Assembly: GCA_963737905.1 (NCBI GenBank)
Contig: CAVTUQ010000026.1
Location: forward strand, 239,176 to 303,175
DNA: 64,000 nt
Source: an uncultured delta proteobacterium
Lineage (GTDB): Bacteria; Desulfobacterota; Binatia; UBA9968
Direction of reading: 5' to 3'
A program made the translations under genes and the position numbers. The notes beneath the pieces were generated by a model, which did no database searches, was not told the DNA's origin, and saw nothing but the letters and a program-made list of their open reading frames with translations. The first letter of the stretch is position 1, and each line of letters opens with the position of its first letter. This document shows, piece after piece, positions 1 to 10,752 of the stretch.

Positions 1-241
1 TGCCCATGATGTGGATGGCCTCGACGTCGCCCGCTACGGCGGCGGCGATGGCGGTGGTTCCGCGGGTCAAAATGAGCTGCGGCTCCAAGTTTTCCTCTTT
101 GAAGAAACCGCGATCGTTGGCGATGAAGGCCATAATGGCTGAGATCGAACGGCTCGCGTACGTGATGCGGACGCGGTCGTCCGCCTGAGCCGAATGTGCA
201 AGGCCGCAGGATAGCAGCAGCACAAAGAAGATTTTCTTCAT
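1..241 (-). CDS. NMT1/THI5/SsuA-like ABC substrate-binding protein, N-terminal part (runs off window edge)
   Basis: Manual translation MKKIFFVLLLSCGLAHSAQADDRVRITYASRSISAIMAFIANDRGFFKEENLEPQLILTRG: signal peptide plus the A-x-x-x-G-F-F-x-E-x-x-L motif. Confidence 0.8.
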   Translation of the reverse strand, partial: MKKIFFVLLLSCGLAHSAQADDRVRITYASRSISAIMAFIANDRGFFKEENLEPQLILTRGTTAIAAAVAGDVEAIHIMG

Positions 242-382
242 TTGAAGCTCCTGTCTTATGGCGATCTAGAGGGAACGCCCATCCGTTTAACAAGGGCTAC
301 CTTGAATTGCAATGGAGTCGTACGCTATAAAAGCCAAGCCGCCAAAAACAAAGAAATTTCTGTTTGATAACGGAGGGCAGTC

Positions 383-1165
383 ATGGGCGTGGAGACAACG
401 ACGGGCTACGAACTTCTCTATGATATTATTCGGCGCAGATCGAGTATTCGCAAGCTAAAGCCGGATCCGATTCCAGAGGAATACATCAACAAGGTCCTGG
501 AGGCGGGCCGGTGGGCGATGTCCGGAGCCAATTCGCAACCCTGGGAATATATCGTGGTCAAGGATCCCAAAGTGAAGAAGGATCTTTTTCGTTGCTACGC
601 GGAGGTCAATACGGATTTTATTTATTGGATGGAGCAGCAGCGTGTCTTCGAGCTCAGGCATCCCGCCTATCAGATGACGGCAGACAAAGCCGTTGAGCAG
701 CAACGGCGCGGCACCGGTTGGTCTGAAGCGCCGGCGCTCATCGTGGTTGTCGGTGATGGCCGGCGCCAATGGGGCACGGTGCAAGGCGCTCATACCTTTG
801 GCCGGGATCAGTCGCATCTCACGGATGGCTTGGCCAATACCTGCACCTTGATGCATTTGGCTGCGGCCTCCCTCGGACTCGCTACCCAATGGGTGAGCAT
901 TCACGTCCAAGAACCTTTCAAGAAAGTTCTGGGCGTGCCGGACCTCATGATGTTGTATCTCATCATCCCCGTCGGCTATCCCGCGGTGGAGCCGTCCGAA
1001 GGCGTGCGGCGTCCGCTGGACGAGATCGTTCACCACGATCACTACGACGAGTCGAAGTTCATGAGCAATGAGCGGGTCATTCAGTTTCTCTATGAGCTGC
1101 GCGGCAAGACTTTGCAGACTTACCGCCAGTCCTATGTAGGTAAAGACCCGCTCAAGAACGATTAG
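383..1165 (+). CDS. Nitroreductase family protein
   Basis: RRRSSIRK, AGRWAMSGANSQPWEYIVV, LAAASLGLATQW and IPVGYP motifs; GGAGG RBS. Confidence 0.9.
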   Translation: MGVETTTGYELLYDIIRRRSSIRKLKPDPIPEEYINKVLEAGRWAMSGANSQPWEYIVVKDPKVKKDLFRCYAEVNTDFIYWMEQQRVFELRHPAYQMTADKAVEQQRRGTGWSEAPALIVVVGDGRRQWGTVQGAHTFGRDQSHLTDGLANTCTLMHLAAASLGLATQWVSIHVQEPFKKVLGVPDLMMLYLIIPVGYPAVEPSEGVRRPLDEIVHHDHYDESKFMSNERVIQFLYELRGKTLQTYRQSYVGKDPLKND

Positions 1166-1196
1166 GTGCGCCGTAGTTTGCGGAAAGGAGATCGCT

Positions 1197-2930
1197 TTGG
1201 CCCTGGATCCGATCACCGTGGAAATCATTCGCTGCGCTCTGAAAGCAGCGGCCAACGAGATGTCGGCGGTGCTGAAAAAGACCGCCTATAACATGATGAT
1301 CTACGAAGTGCAGGATTACTGCGTCAGCATCGTCGATCACCAGGGCAGGACGATGTCGCAGAATGAAGGCGCCTTGCCGATTTTTCTCGCCGATCTCGGC
1401 GTCGCGGTACAAGACGGCGTAGAAATCTATGGACTGGAGAACGTTCATCGCGGCGATGTTTTTCTAGTCAATCACCCGGAGATCTGCGGCCAGCATCTCA
1501 ATAACATGGTGGTCTACACGCCGTTCTTCTGGGAGTCCAAACTGGTTTGCTTCCTGGCGGTGCGCGCGCACTGGATCGACGTCGGCGGCGCCAGCACCGG
1601 CTTCGGATCGAGCATGACCCGGGACGTATACGAGGAGGGGCTGCAAATTCGTTCCGTGAAGATTTACGCGGAAGGCAAACCGAATACCGAGATCTTGCGC
1701 TTGATCGAAGACAACATCCGATTCCCGGAATCTTCTTTAGGTGATCTTCGCGCGCAGATCGCCTGCTGCCGCACGGGAGAAGAGCGGCTCGAACAGATCT
1801 GCCGCAAGTATGGTGGGGCCGGGTTCCAAGAAGCGGTGGAAGTCATCTGGAATCAGACCGATAAGCTCGTGCGCGAAGCCGTGCGGGCGATTCCCGACGG
1901 AGTTTATGAGGCCTCGTCGTTTCTCGATGACGACGGCAAAGATTTTACCAAGACGCTTCCCATTAAGGTTCGGGTGATTGTTCGTGACGACGAGTTCACC
2001 ATCGACTTCTCCGAGGTATGCGATCAGGTGCCGGGGTTTATCAATTGCGGCGCTTCGGGAGGCATGGCCGCGGCGCGCGTGGCCTTCAAGGCGCTCACCT
2101 CTCCCCGTCGGGAAGTGAACGAGGGTTCTTTTCGCGCCCTCAAGGTGATTCTTCCGCCGGGAAAATTGCTCAGCGCAAAGCGGCCCGCGCCCATCGGCGG
2201 CTGGAGTCTATCATTGCCGACCGTGCTCGATACGATCTTGCTGGCGCTGGCGCCTGTGCTCCCGGAGCGTATCCCCGCGGCTCACAAGGGCGACATGGGC
2301 GGTTACGCGATCTTCGGGACGCACCCGAAAACCGGACGACGTTATGTCTGTCAGAATATCATCGGCGGTGGTTGGGGCGGCCGCCCGTTCGAAGACGGGG
2401 CGTCTGCCGCAGTTTCCATGTGTCAGGGCGATGTGAAGAATACCCCGATTGAGTTGCAGGAACTCTATTATCCCTTGCTCTATGAACGCCATACCTTGCG
2501 AACTGACAGCGGCGGCGCGGGAAAATTCCGCGGCGGCGTTGGCCTCGAAGTCAAAGTGAAACCACTACACGACCTTTTCATCAGCCGCAACACGGATCGG
2601 ATTCAATGCCCGCCCTGGGGATTGTTGGGCGGCGCAGAGGGCGCAACCAACGCAACCTTGATCGAGCGCGATAACAAGGAAAAGATACTTCCAGGCAAAT
2701 TCAGCCATCTTCTGGTGCGGCCCGGAGAGACGGTGACGTTGCTAACAGCCGGCGGAGGCGGACATGGCGATGCGGCAAGGCGCGACACTACCGCAGTGAA
2801 CCGAGATGTTGCGTTGGGCTATGTATCCAAGGAGCGGGCTAAACAAGATTACCCGCCGGCTTTTGACCGCACAACCATACCAGTTGAGCGTGATTCGCAA
2901 GTTCAACCTGCCACCTCGTCCAAAACCTGA
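1197..2930 (+). CDS. Hydantoinase B/oxoprolinase family protein
   Basis: DPITVEII, GQHLNN, RAHWIDVGG, EEGLQI, DSGGAGKFRGG and TAGGGGHGD motifs; TTG start after AAGGAG. Confidence 0.92.
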   Translation: MALDPITVEIIRCALKAAANEMSAVLKKTAYNMMIYEVQDYCVSIVDHQGRTMSQNEGALPIFLADLGVAVQDGVEIYGLENVHRGDVFLVNHPEICGQHLNNMVVYTPFFWESKLVCFLAVRAHWIDVGGASTGFGSSMTRDVYEEGLQIRSVKIYAEGKPNTEILRLIEDNIRFPESSLGDLRAQIACCRTGEERLEQICRKYGGAGFQEAVEVIWNQTDKLVREAVRAIPDGVYEASSFLDDDGKDFTKTLPIKVRVIVRDDEFTIDFSEVCDQVPGFINCGASGGMAAARVAFKALTSPRREVNEGSFRALKVILPPGKLLSAKRPAPIGGWSLSLPTVLDTILLALAPVLPERIPAAHKGDMGGYAIFGTHPKTGRRYVCQNIIGGGWGGRPFEDGASAAVSMCQGDVKNTPIELQELYYPLLYERHTLRTDSGGAGKFRGGVGLEVKVKPLHDLFISRNTDRIQCPPWGLLGGAEGATNATLIERDNKEKILPGKFSHLLVRPGETVTLLTAGGGGHGDAARRDTTAVNRDVALGYVSKERAKQDYPPAFDRTTIPVERDSQVQPATSSKT

Positions 2931-3155
2931 TTCGTCATTTCGATGTTTCGAGAATTCCAACGGAGGTTCGTAACTTCATCCGGCACCTGCCTCCTGTACT
3001 CAAATGTAAAGTTCGCGCCCCTCCGGTGGACATTCTCGATGAACCAAACTTGCGGAAAAGCACTCAAAGAGATACTGGAGTTTGCGCGTGGGAAGAACTC
3101 AAAGGCTGTGTAAGCGCGCTTGTTACCGTCGGAACAACTGCCCCTTCCGTGTCAT

Positions 3156-4841
3156 CTATGCAACGATCACGTCGATGATCGCTGGCTTGCCGCGACCGTT
3201 GGCTTCGAGGCCGCGCTTCAGCGCGTCCTGGAGTTTTTCCGGATCCGTTACCTGCTCGCCGTAGCCGCCAACGGATTCGGCGACCTTCACGAAGTCCGGC
3301 GCGTTGATGTGGGTGCCGTGGTAAACGTCGGTCTCCGCCGCGATTCCGTCCGGATACATCCTGAGGTGCATGCCCTGCATTGCGGCGTATTTCTTGTTGT
3401 TAAAGATGACGGCCATGATCGGCAGGTTGTAATCGCGTGCAGCGCCGAGGCTCCCGAGCGCCGGGTTGTATAGGAACGCACCATCGCCGATCAAGGTCAC
3501 GACCGGTCGTTGCGGCTTCGCCAGCTTGATCCCCAGCGAAAGGCCCAGCCCCTGTCCGAGACCGCCCTGGCGGGTGAACAGGCTCTGTGGCTTGTTCCAT
3601 TCGAGGTGCTGGCGCAGTAGGGCGGTGTGGGTGGTGACCTCGTCGATATAGATCGGGTCGTCCGGCATCACCGCGTTCAGCGAGGCGCACAGCCAGGCCG
3701 GATCGATCGGCGTCTTCCTGCGCGCTTCGGCTTGCTGCGCGTCCCGTTTCTCGATCATCGCAGCGTGCGCCGCGGCGAGCTCCTTGCGTCTTGCCTCGAC
3801 GGTGGCCTTGTCCGGCCTGGCCGCGTCGGCCAGATCGCGCAGTGTCTGCGCCACATTGCCTTCCAGGTACATGTCCGCCTGATGGCTCTGGTAGGCCATG
3901 GCCATGTTGTGCGGCGCCTCGTCCACCATCGCGACGGCCGCCTTGGGCGGGCGGTTGCTCGGGGGATACCAGGGGGCGCGCGCGCGCACGACGATCGCGA
4001 GGTCCATGTCACGCCAGAACGGCTTGATGTCGGTTCCCTGATGGAGCGGGTGACTCTTGGGGAAGTTCGCGAACAGAGCGCCGGGCTTCTCGACCACCGG
4101 CAGGGCGAACTTATCGCAGAGCGCCACCAGCGCTTCGTAGGTCTCGACCTCCTGGCCGGCGCCTTCGGTGAGCACGACCGGGTGCTTCGCTTTGGCAATC
4201 TGGGCAGCGAGTTTTTCGATATCCTCGGGAGCGGTGAGAATGCGCGGCGCGGGCGGAACGGCCCGCGGATTGGCCGGCGGTGTCCAGGCGTCCATCAGCG
4301 TTTCCGTCGAAACGGACAGATAGGTTGGGCCGGTCGGTTGCCGCTGCGCGAGCTCGCCGGCGCGGACGACGCTCTCATAGAGCGTGTGGACGCTGCCCGC
4401 CACCGAGGCATATTTGACAATGGAATCGACCAGGTGGGTCGTGCCGCCCGCGATGCTCAGGTTGTTGATCCATTGGGCGCCGGGATCGAACTCCGGCTGC
4501 TCGCCGTAGGTCATCGACTCTCCGGAGATCACCACCATGGGCACGCCGGCGACAAAGGCGCCGTGGATGCCCATGGCGCCCTGCAGCAGGCCCGCGCCTG
4601 CATGCAGCAACACACCCTGCATCCGGCCGGTGGCCAGCGTGTAGCCCGCGGCCATGTCTACGGCGAGCGTTTCGTGCCACACATCCAGGAGCTTGGGGCC
4701 CTCCTTATGCCGATGGATCTGGTCGGCCATGGCTTCCCACACGGGCGCCCATTCGGTGCCCGGCGAGGACAAGATGTAATCGACTCCGAGCTTGCGGAAT
4801 CCTTCGACTATGGCTTCGCCGCCGTCGAACTGGTTTTTCAT
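3156..4841 (-). CDS. Thiamine-pyrophosphate-dependent enzyme (acetolactate synthase/benzoylformate decarboxylase-like)
   Basis: HE-x-x-A-x-x-MAAGY N-terminal motif and GDG...NN TPP-binding motif (IGDGAFLY...FNNKKY). Confidence 0.9.
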   Translation of the reverse strand: MKNQFDGGEAIVEGFRKLGVDYILSSPGTEWAPVWEAMADQIHRHKEGPKLLDVWHETLAVDMAAGYTLATGRMQGVLLHAGAGLLQGAMGIHGAFVAGVPMVVISGESMTYGEQPEFDPGAQWINNLSIAGGTTHLVDSIVKYASVAGSVHTLYESVVRAGELAQRQPTGPTYLSVSTETLMDAWTPPANPRAVPPAPRILTAPEDIEKLAAQIAKAKHPVVLTEGAGQEVETYEALVALCDKFALPVVEKPGALFANFPKSHPLHQGTDIKPFWRDMDLAIVVRARAPWYPPSNRPPKAAVAMVDEAPHNMAMAYQSHQADMYLEGNVAQTLRDLADAARPDKATVEARRKELAAAHAAMIEKRDAQQAEARRKTPIDPAWLCASLNAVMPDDPIYIDEVTTHTALLRQHLEWNKPQSLFTRQGGLGQGLGLSLGIKLAKPQRPVVTLIGDGAFLYNPALGSLGAARDYNLPIMAVIFNNKKYAAMQGMHLRMYPDGIAAETDVYHGTHINAPDFVKVAESVGGYGEQVTDPEKLQDALKRGLEANGRGKPAIIDVIVA

Positions 4842-5143
4842 GGTTGGTCTCCCCGAATCGTTATTTTTTAGCGCGTATCATGTCACGGCTGAACCCGCAA
4901 GGCCGCTGCGCGGCGGTTCAAAGTTCAAGCCGTTCAATCGCTCAGAGTGACTGCACCGTTGTCATAACGAGAGACGGAAAACAATCCGGAAGCGTCTGAT
5001 TTCTACGTCTGGCCTCTCTGGCTAGCGATATTTGTCGTCAAAAAGTTGGAATCCTTGGCGCGAGCGGCGGCGCTTTCGTGGTTTCGACTTCCGGGTTTAG
5101 GGTGCGACAATCTCTCCAGTCTTCAAAACATCTCCGACTCGCC

Positions 5144-6194
5144 CTAGGTGCCCAGTATTTTCTTCACGCGCTCGATAACCTCCGGCGGAGAATCGAAAAT
5201 TTCCTTTACCAGTGATTCCAGCTCTTCGCCGGACGTCGGTTCTACGTCCATCCGAGCCTTTTTTGCTTCGGCAAGGGCTTCAGGATCATTCAAAGCCTTG
5301 GCATAAGCCTCCCTAAGGAGCTTGACCCTTTCAGGGGGAGTGCCGGGCGTCACTAGCATGGGCCGGCCGAAATCCCCCGCGGCCAGCACAATCTGGGCGA
5401 CACGGCGGCTATTCGCCGGGACCTTATACTGATCGAAGATTTCCTGAGTCGTAGGCACATCGGCTGCGCGTGAATCTCTCTTACGCGAGGTCTGGATGAT
5501 ATGGCGGTCAAAACCCTTCTTGTGCCACGTATCGAAGGGTTCGCGGCCAAAGTGGGCGGAGGTGCTATGCGAGCGGCAAACCACCTCTCCCTTTTCTACC
5601 GCTATGTCGATTTCGGAGCCTCCGGGATAGCCCAGGACAGTGTTGATCTTGGCCCCTACGGTCTCCTCCAAAACCTTGGCCAGAATATAGTCGGCGCTTG
5701 CCGTACCCGTCGCGCCGCACTTGGGTGGCTCCTTCGCCTTGATGATATCTGCGACGGACTTATAGGGAGTATCGGCTCGCATGTACATGATGGTTGATTC
5801 AACTGCGGGCGAGCCGATCCAGTGGAACTTGCGCAGATCAAACTGTACCTCTTTGCGCCCGACAAGTTGGTCTACGTAGACACTGTTCAAGGGCATCGCA
5901 ACCGTTAGACCGTCAGGCTTGCCCACATTAAAAACATGGTTGGTTGCGATCACCGATCCCGCGCCCGGCATGTTCTGAGCGATGATCTCCGGCTGTCCGG
6001 GAATGTATTTGCCCATGTATCGGGCGAAGAGACGGGCCCAGCGGTCATAAAATCCACCAGCCGTGGAGCCCACCATGATGCGAATGGTTTTTCCCTTGTA
6101 GAAAGGGTCAGCTTGTGGTCCGGCCCACGGAGGCGAGCTGTGGAGCGAAAAGAAAAATCGCGAGACAGATCAGGGAAAGTGCTTGTTTTTGCAT
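5144..6194 (-). CDS. Bug/TctC-like tripartite tricarboxylate transporter substrate-binding protein (frameshift in signal-peptide region)
   Basis: FYKGKTIRIMVG, GGFYD, NMPGAGS and KPDGLT motifs; ATG at 6194 has a GAGGAGG RBS but is one base out of frame with the body (shift near 6115-6125). Confidence 0.82.
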
Positions 6195-6372
6195 GACAAC
6201 CTCCTCTTAACGGCCTGACCAACTACAGGATTAAACTTTTTACAAAAGTGAAGACCCCTTCTCCTCCGCCGACATCATCGTTCGAGCGGTGACTATATCG
6301 TTGGAAGCTGACTTGTCAAGTTTAGGTGCAGGACCCGTCGTGGGTAATTGCTTGCCGATGGATTGCGCGGAG

Positions 6373-8910
6373 CTATTCTAACGACGCACGCTTGCGAGCC
6401 TCGATCATTTTTTCGACTTGTTTGAGTGCCGATGCTAAGTCGATCGCCTTGCGAAAAATGGGCGCCATGGGGTCTTTCATCTTCCGAAATCGCTCGGGGA
6501 CAGTCTTGATTGTGAAACGCGACGGATGCAGACGCCCATTCACCTCGTTCCAGAGCAGCGGACAGGAGACCGTTGCGCCGGGCAGCGGCCGGACGGCAAA
6601 GGGCGCCGCAATGGTTACCCCATAGCCGTTCTGGCCGAAATCGATGTAAACCTTGCCGCCCCGCGCGGCAATGGGCCGGGCGACCGTCGAGATATCCGGG
6701 ACAGACTCCGTTCCCAGCATCGCCAGCAGCCGGGCGAAACTTTTCGCCTGCTCATGGGTGTAGCGCGCGCCAAGAGGGACGAGGATATGGAGGCCTGATG
6801 CTCCGGAGGTCTTGATGAAGCTTTCGAGCCGAAGTCCCGTCAATATCTCGTGGAGCGCGCGCGCCACCTCGACGACGTGTGCAAAGGGCGCGCCTTTGGG
6901 GTCGAGGTCGAGAACCAGCCAGTCCGGACGCTCGAGAGAGTCGATTCGCGAGCTCCACAGGTGAAGCGGGATCGTGCCCATGTTGATGACATAGAGAAGG
7001 GTCTCTACGTCGTTCACGATAATGTAACCGATGTCGCGATCCGTATCTTTGGAATAGATCTTCTCTCTGCGTATCCAGCTCGGAATAAATTCTGGGGCAT
7101 CCTTCTGAAAGAACGATTTCCCGGCGATGCCGTCGGGATACCGCGTCAACACCAGCGGGCGATTTTTCAAGTAAGGAAGCAAGAAAGAAGCGATGCTGCG
7201 ATGGTATTCGATCAAATCACCCTTAGTGTAGCCCTCGTCGGGCCAAAAGATTTTTTTCAGATTCGTAAACTTCACCTGTTTTGCCGGACCGTTTTCGAGG
7301 GGAGCGGGAACCGGGAGCTCCGGAAGACTTCGCGGCAGAGGCTCGTCCTTTCGGCATTCGTCGGGTTTCTTATCCGTTCTCAATCCCAGAAAGGCTGGGT
7401 GGCGAATCCCGCCGTCATGGGTCCAGTCCGAGAAGCGCACCTCGCAAACGAGCTCGGGCTCGACCCAGTGGTGGCCGCGGCCGGTTGGGCTTTTTTCCTG
7501 GAAAGGCGATTTCGCCAGGGCAAGCGGCTGCAGCTTCTCCCAGATCGACTTCAGGGTCTTGGTATCGAATCCGGTGCCAACCTTGGAGACGTAAACCAAT
7601 TTATTGTTTTGGTAGAGACCCAAATGAAGCGCGCCGAAATAACTTCGTCCCCCCTGGGGATTCGTGTAGCCGCCGATCACGAATTCCTGGCGCCGTTGGC
7701 ATTTAATCTTGATCCAATCACGGGAGCGTCCGCCGACGTAGCGGCTATGAGCTTTTTTGGCGACCACTCCTTCCAGCCCGTGTTCCGAGGCCGCGTCGAA
7801 GAAGTCTTCGCCCGCTTCCTCAATGTGATCGCTGAAGCGCGCCCGACCCAAGCGCGGCAACAAGCGCTTAAGGCATTCTTTCCGTTGGAGTAGAGGGATC
7901 GAACGCAAGTCATGACCGTCAAGGCCTAGACAATCGAAGAAAACACCTTCTACTGGAGCCGCGTTCATGGCGAGCTGGATATCGCGCGTGCCGGTCAGAT
8001 GCATGCGCGCCTGCAGTCTTTGAAAGCTCGGCTGTCCCCGCTCGTCGAGGGCTACAATCTCGCCATCGATGACGAAATGATCGATGGGCAGTTTTTTCAG
8101 GGCGTCCGTCAGTTCCGGGTAGCGGTTGGTGATCTGCGTTCCATTGCGGCCGTAAAGTTCGACTCTTTCGCCGTTGCGCTCCGCCAAAACCCTAACACCG
8201 TCGTATTTGATTTCGAAAATCCATTCAGGCCCGGAAAAGGGCCGTTCCTGCAGAGTTGCAAGCATGAGCTGTTGACCTCGCGCAGAGAAGTTTTGTTTAG
8301 GCGCTTTGATCTTTCGCAGAAGCTCCCGCAGCTCGGTAACTTTCGCGGGAAGGTCGGCTATCTCTTCCAAGGTAAGCCCGGATATGACCGATTGCGGATA
8401 GCGCTCGATCAGCTCCTCGGTCCCGGCAAAGGAGTCGGCTTTCTTCAGAAGCAGCCAATCTTTCTCTTTCTTCGACATGCGCGCCAAGGTCCACAATCCC
8501 CGCATCTTGTGACCGAAAAATTCCAGTTCGAGCTTACCCCGTTCGAGCTGTTCCACCGGGTCGCCGGCTTTGACCAAACGGTATGGTCCGCGATCCCAGA
8601 CGATAACCGAGCCGGCGCCATAGTTATCGGGCGGGATGATTCCTTCAAAATCGGCGTATTCGACGGGATGGTCCTCAACGTGGACGGCCAGCCGCTTTTC
8701 ATGAGCTCGCACCGACGGTCCTTTCGGCACTGCCCAACTTTTCAGCACACCGTCCATCTCCAGTCGTAAATCGTAATGAAGGCGGCGGGCGCCATGTTTC
8801 TGAATGACGAAACGGAGCCCCGAGTCGGTGCGACTGACGCCGAAAGGCTCGGGTGTGCGCTCGGGATCGCGCTTTTTCCGGTACAGATCGAGCTTGGAGG
8901 GCGACTTCAC
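6373..8910 (-). CDS. ligD: DNA ligase D (phosphoesterase, ligase and polymerase domains)
   Basis: PE: QKHGARRLHYDLRLE...SWAVPKG; ligase: EIKYDGVR, EGVVAKK, WIKIK; POL: RYPDGI, FFQK, DLDP, KTSGASGLH. Confidence 0.97.
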   Translation of the reverse strand: MKSPSKLDLYRKKRDPERTPEPFGVSRTDSGLRFVIQKHGARRLHYDLRLEMDGVLKSWAVPKGPSVRAHEKRLAVHVEDHPVEYADFEGIIPPDNYGAGSVIVWDRGPYRLVKAGDPVEQLERGKLELEFFGHKMRGLWTLARMSKKEKDWLLLKKADSFAGTEELIERYPQSVISGLTLEEIADLPAKVTELRELLRKIKAPKQNFSARGQQLMLATLQERPFSGPEWIFEIKYDGVRVLAERNGERVELYGRNGTQITNRYPELTDALKKLPIDHFVIDGEIVALDERGQPSFQRLQARMHLTGTRDIQLAMNAAPVEGVFFDCLGLDGHDLRSIPLLQRKECLKRLLPRLGRARFSDHIEEAGEDFFDAASEHGLEGVVAKKAHSRYVGGRSRDWIKIKCQRRQEFVIGGYTNPQGGRSYFGALHLGLYQNNKLVYVSKVGTGFDTKTLKSIWEKLQPLALAKSPFQEKSPTGRGHHWVEPELVCEVRFSDWTHDGGIRHPAFLGLRTDKKPDECRKDEPLPRSLPELPVPAPLENGPAKQVKFTNLKKIFWPDEGYTKGDLIEYHRSIASFLLPYLKNRPLVLTRYPDGIAGKSFFQKDAPEFIPSWIRREKIYSKDTDRDIGYIIVNDVETLLYVINMGTIPLHLWSSRIDSLERPDWLVLDLDPKGAPFAHVVEVARALHEILTGLRLESFIKTSGASGLHILVPLGARYTHEQAKSFARLLAMLGTESVPDISTVARPIAARGGKVYIDFGQNGYGVTIAAPFAVRPLPGATVSCPLLWNEVNGRLHPSRFTIKTVPERFRKMKDPMAPIFRKAIDLASALKQVEKMIEARKRASLE

Positions 8911-8982
8911 CGTTTGAAGAATAACTCAGTGGCTGGTATGGTTCAAATTTGATAGAATTTGAGGATCAAGGAGGTCTCCCCC

Positions 8983-9839
8983 ATGCCCCCGCGTTCTCTC
9001 GGTTCCGGCACGATTTCTTTTGGTCTTGTCTCTATCCCCGTAAAGCTTTACCCGGCCGCTTCCTCCCAGGCGATCAGTTTCAATTTGCTCCATGCCAAGT
9101 GCGGCAATCGGATCCGGCAACAGCGCTTCTGTCCTGTCTGCAACGAGGTCGTGGAGCGCGAAGGCTTGGTCAAAGGATACGAGTTCGCTAAAGATCAGTA
9201 CGTCAAAGTTTCGGACGAGGAGCTCGAAGCGCTCGAAGGCGAGGCATCGAAGGCGATCGAAATTTCCGAGTTTGTACCGCTTGCGAAGGTCGATCCGGTT
9301 TATTTCGAAAAGAGCTACTATCTTGGCCCCGACAAGGGGGGGAGAAAGCCTATCGCTTGTTGTCGGACGCGATGACCCAAGCCGGCAAAGTCGCGCTGGC
9401 AAAATTTGTCCTGCGCGGAAGAGAAAATCTGGTTCTCGTCCGCTCGGCACAGAACGGGCTGATGCTTCACACCATGTATTTCGCCGACGAGGTGCGTAAT
9501 TTCGATGAAATTTCCAAAGGAGAATCGGCCAAGATTAGCGAGGCTGAGACCAACCTGGCGATCCGTCTGATCGACGAGCTGTCGAATGAACAGTTCAATC
9601 CTGGGCAATATGAAGATGAATACCGCCAGCGCGTATTGGATCTCGTCAACACCAAGGCCGAGGGCAAAGAAATTACCGTGGCCGAGCCCCAAGTCCATCG
9701 TGCTCAGGTGATCGATCTTATGGAGGCGCTCAAGGAAAGCCTGGGAAAGAAAGTTGCCAAGGAGAAAAAGCCCGCGGTCCGCGCCAAATCGGCCGAGCCT
9801 GAGAAAGGCAAGAAAAGGGCCCAGTCCGCCAAGAAATGA
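8983..9839 (+). CDS. ku: Ku NHEJ protein, split by a 1-nt deficit in a G7 run (9336-9342)
   Basis: GTISFGLVSIPVKLY, VKGYE and YYLGPDKGG then EKAYRLLSDAM in the -1 frame; C-terminal VIDLMEALKESL and basic tail; AAGGAGG RBS. Confidence 0.93.
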
Positions 9840-10657
9840 AACTTTTCACCACCGGCGAGGTGGCGAAAATCTTGAATCTCCCGGGTAGTCGCATTCGATC
9901 TTTTGTGCGCGCCGGCTTTCTTGCGCCGGCACGCGATCCCAAAAAGACCTTCCAGTTTACTTTTCAAGATCTGCTCTTTTTGAAAACGGCGAAAGGGCTC
10001 CTCGATTCTCGCGTGCCGTCAAAGAGAATTATTCGCATGCTTTCTTCGTTGAAGCGGCAGCTGCCGGACGATCGGCATCTGTCCGGGCTCAAGATTTATG
10101 CCGACGGTCGCCGCGTTATCGTCTGGGACGGTAAAGCCCGCTGGCAGCCTGACTCCGGGCAGTTCCTGTTCAATTTTGATGCCCGCAGCGTTGTGGAAAA
10201 AATCAAATTGCCGCGCCCTGCGCCGAAGCCGGTGAAAGACAAACTGACCGCGGATCATTGGTTCAATCTGGGAGTCGAGCTGGAAGCAACGTCAACGAAG
10301 GAAGCGGAGCGAGCTTACCACATGGCGCTGGAGGTCGACCCAAAAATGGCCGCTGCGCATCTCAATCTGGGCAAACTCTACCACGATGCGGGTGAACTGG
10401 AGAAAGCCGAAGCGCACTATCGAGCTGCCGGAGAGATTGATCCGGAAGAGCCGGCGCCCCACTTCAACCTAGGGGTCTTACTGGAAGATCTCAAACGGCC
10501 GCAGGAAGCTTTGCGGTCCTATCGCGAAGCGGTCAAGCTGGATCCGGCTTTTGCCGACGCGCATTACAATCTTGCACTGTTATTCGAGTCTATGGGTAAA
10601 AAAGCCGAAGCGGTTGCACACTTTCGTACGGCGCGTAAGATTTATCTGAGCAAATAA
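9836..10657 (+). CDS. MerR-type HTH plus TPR-repeat protein
   Basis: N-terminal FTTGEVAKIL...IRSFVRAGFL...FTFQDL HTH; C-terminal TPRs (AHLNLG, PHFNLG, AHYNLA); ATGA overlap with ku stop. Confidence 0.85.
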   Translation: MKLFTTGEVAKILNLPGSRIRSFVRAGFLAPARDPKKTFQFTFQDLLFLKTAKGLLDSRVPSKRIIRMLSSLKRQLPDDRHLSGLKIYADGRRVIVWDGKARWQPDSGQFLFNFDARSVVEKIKLPRPAPKPVKDKLTADHWFNLGVELEATSTKEAERAYHMALEVDPKMAAAHLNLGKLYHDAGELEKAEAHYRAAGEIDPEEPAPHFNLGVLLEDLKRPQEALRSYREAVKLDPAFADAHYNLALLFESMGKKAEAVAHFRTARKIYLSK

Positions 10658-10752
10658 GCCCCGCCGTACATCAAGGAGTTATGGAAAAATTACAACGTGC
10701 GCCCCTTTGTTTTTGATGAACGCGTTCAGTCACTGCGGAGGAGGTTTGGCAG

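Noticed and set aside
3627-4871. Long antisense or alternate-frame ORFs (also 455-1255, 6850-7893, 16894-17790, 26589-27500)
   Set aside because: Shadow ORFs of well-supported GC-rich genes with no recognisable motifs.
10681-10752. Upstream ATG in frame with the kinase, interrupted by TGA-TGA
   Set aside because: No Cys-motif context or clear SECIS; GTG 10753 has its own GGAGGAGG RBS.
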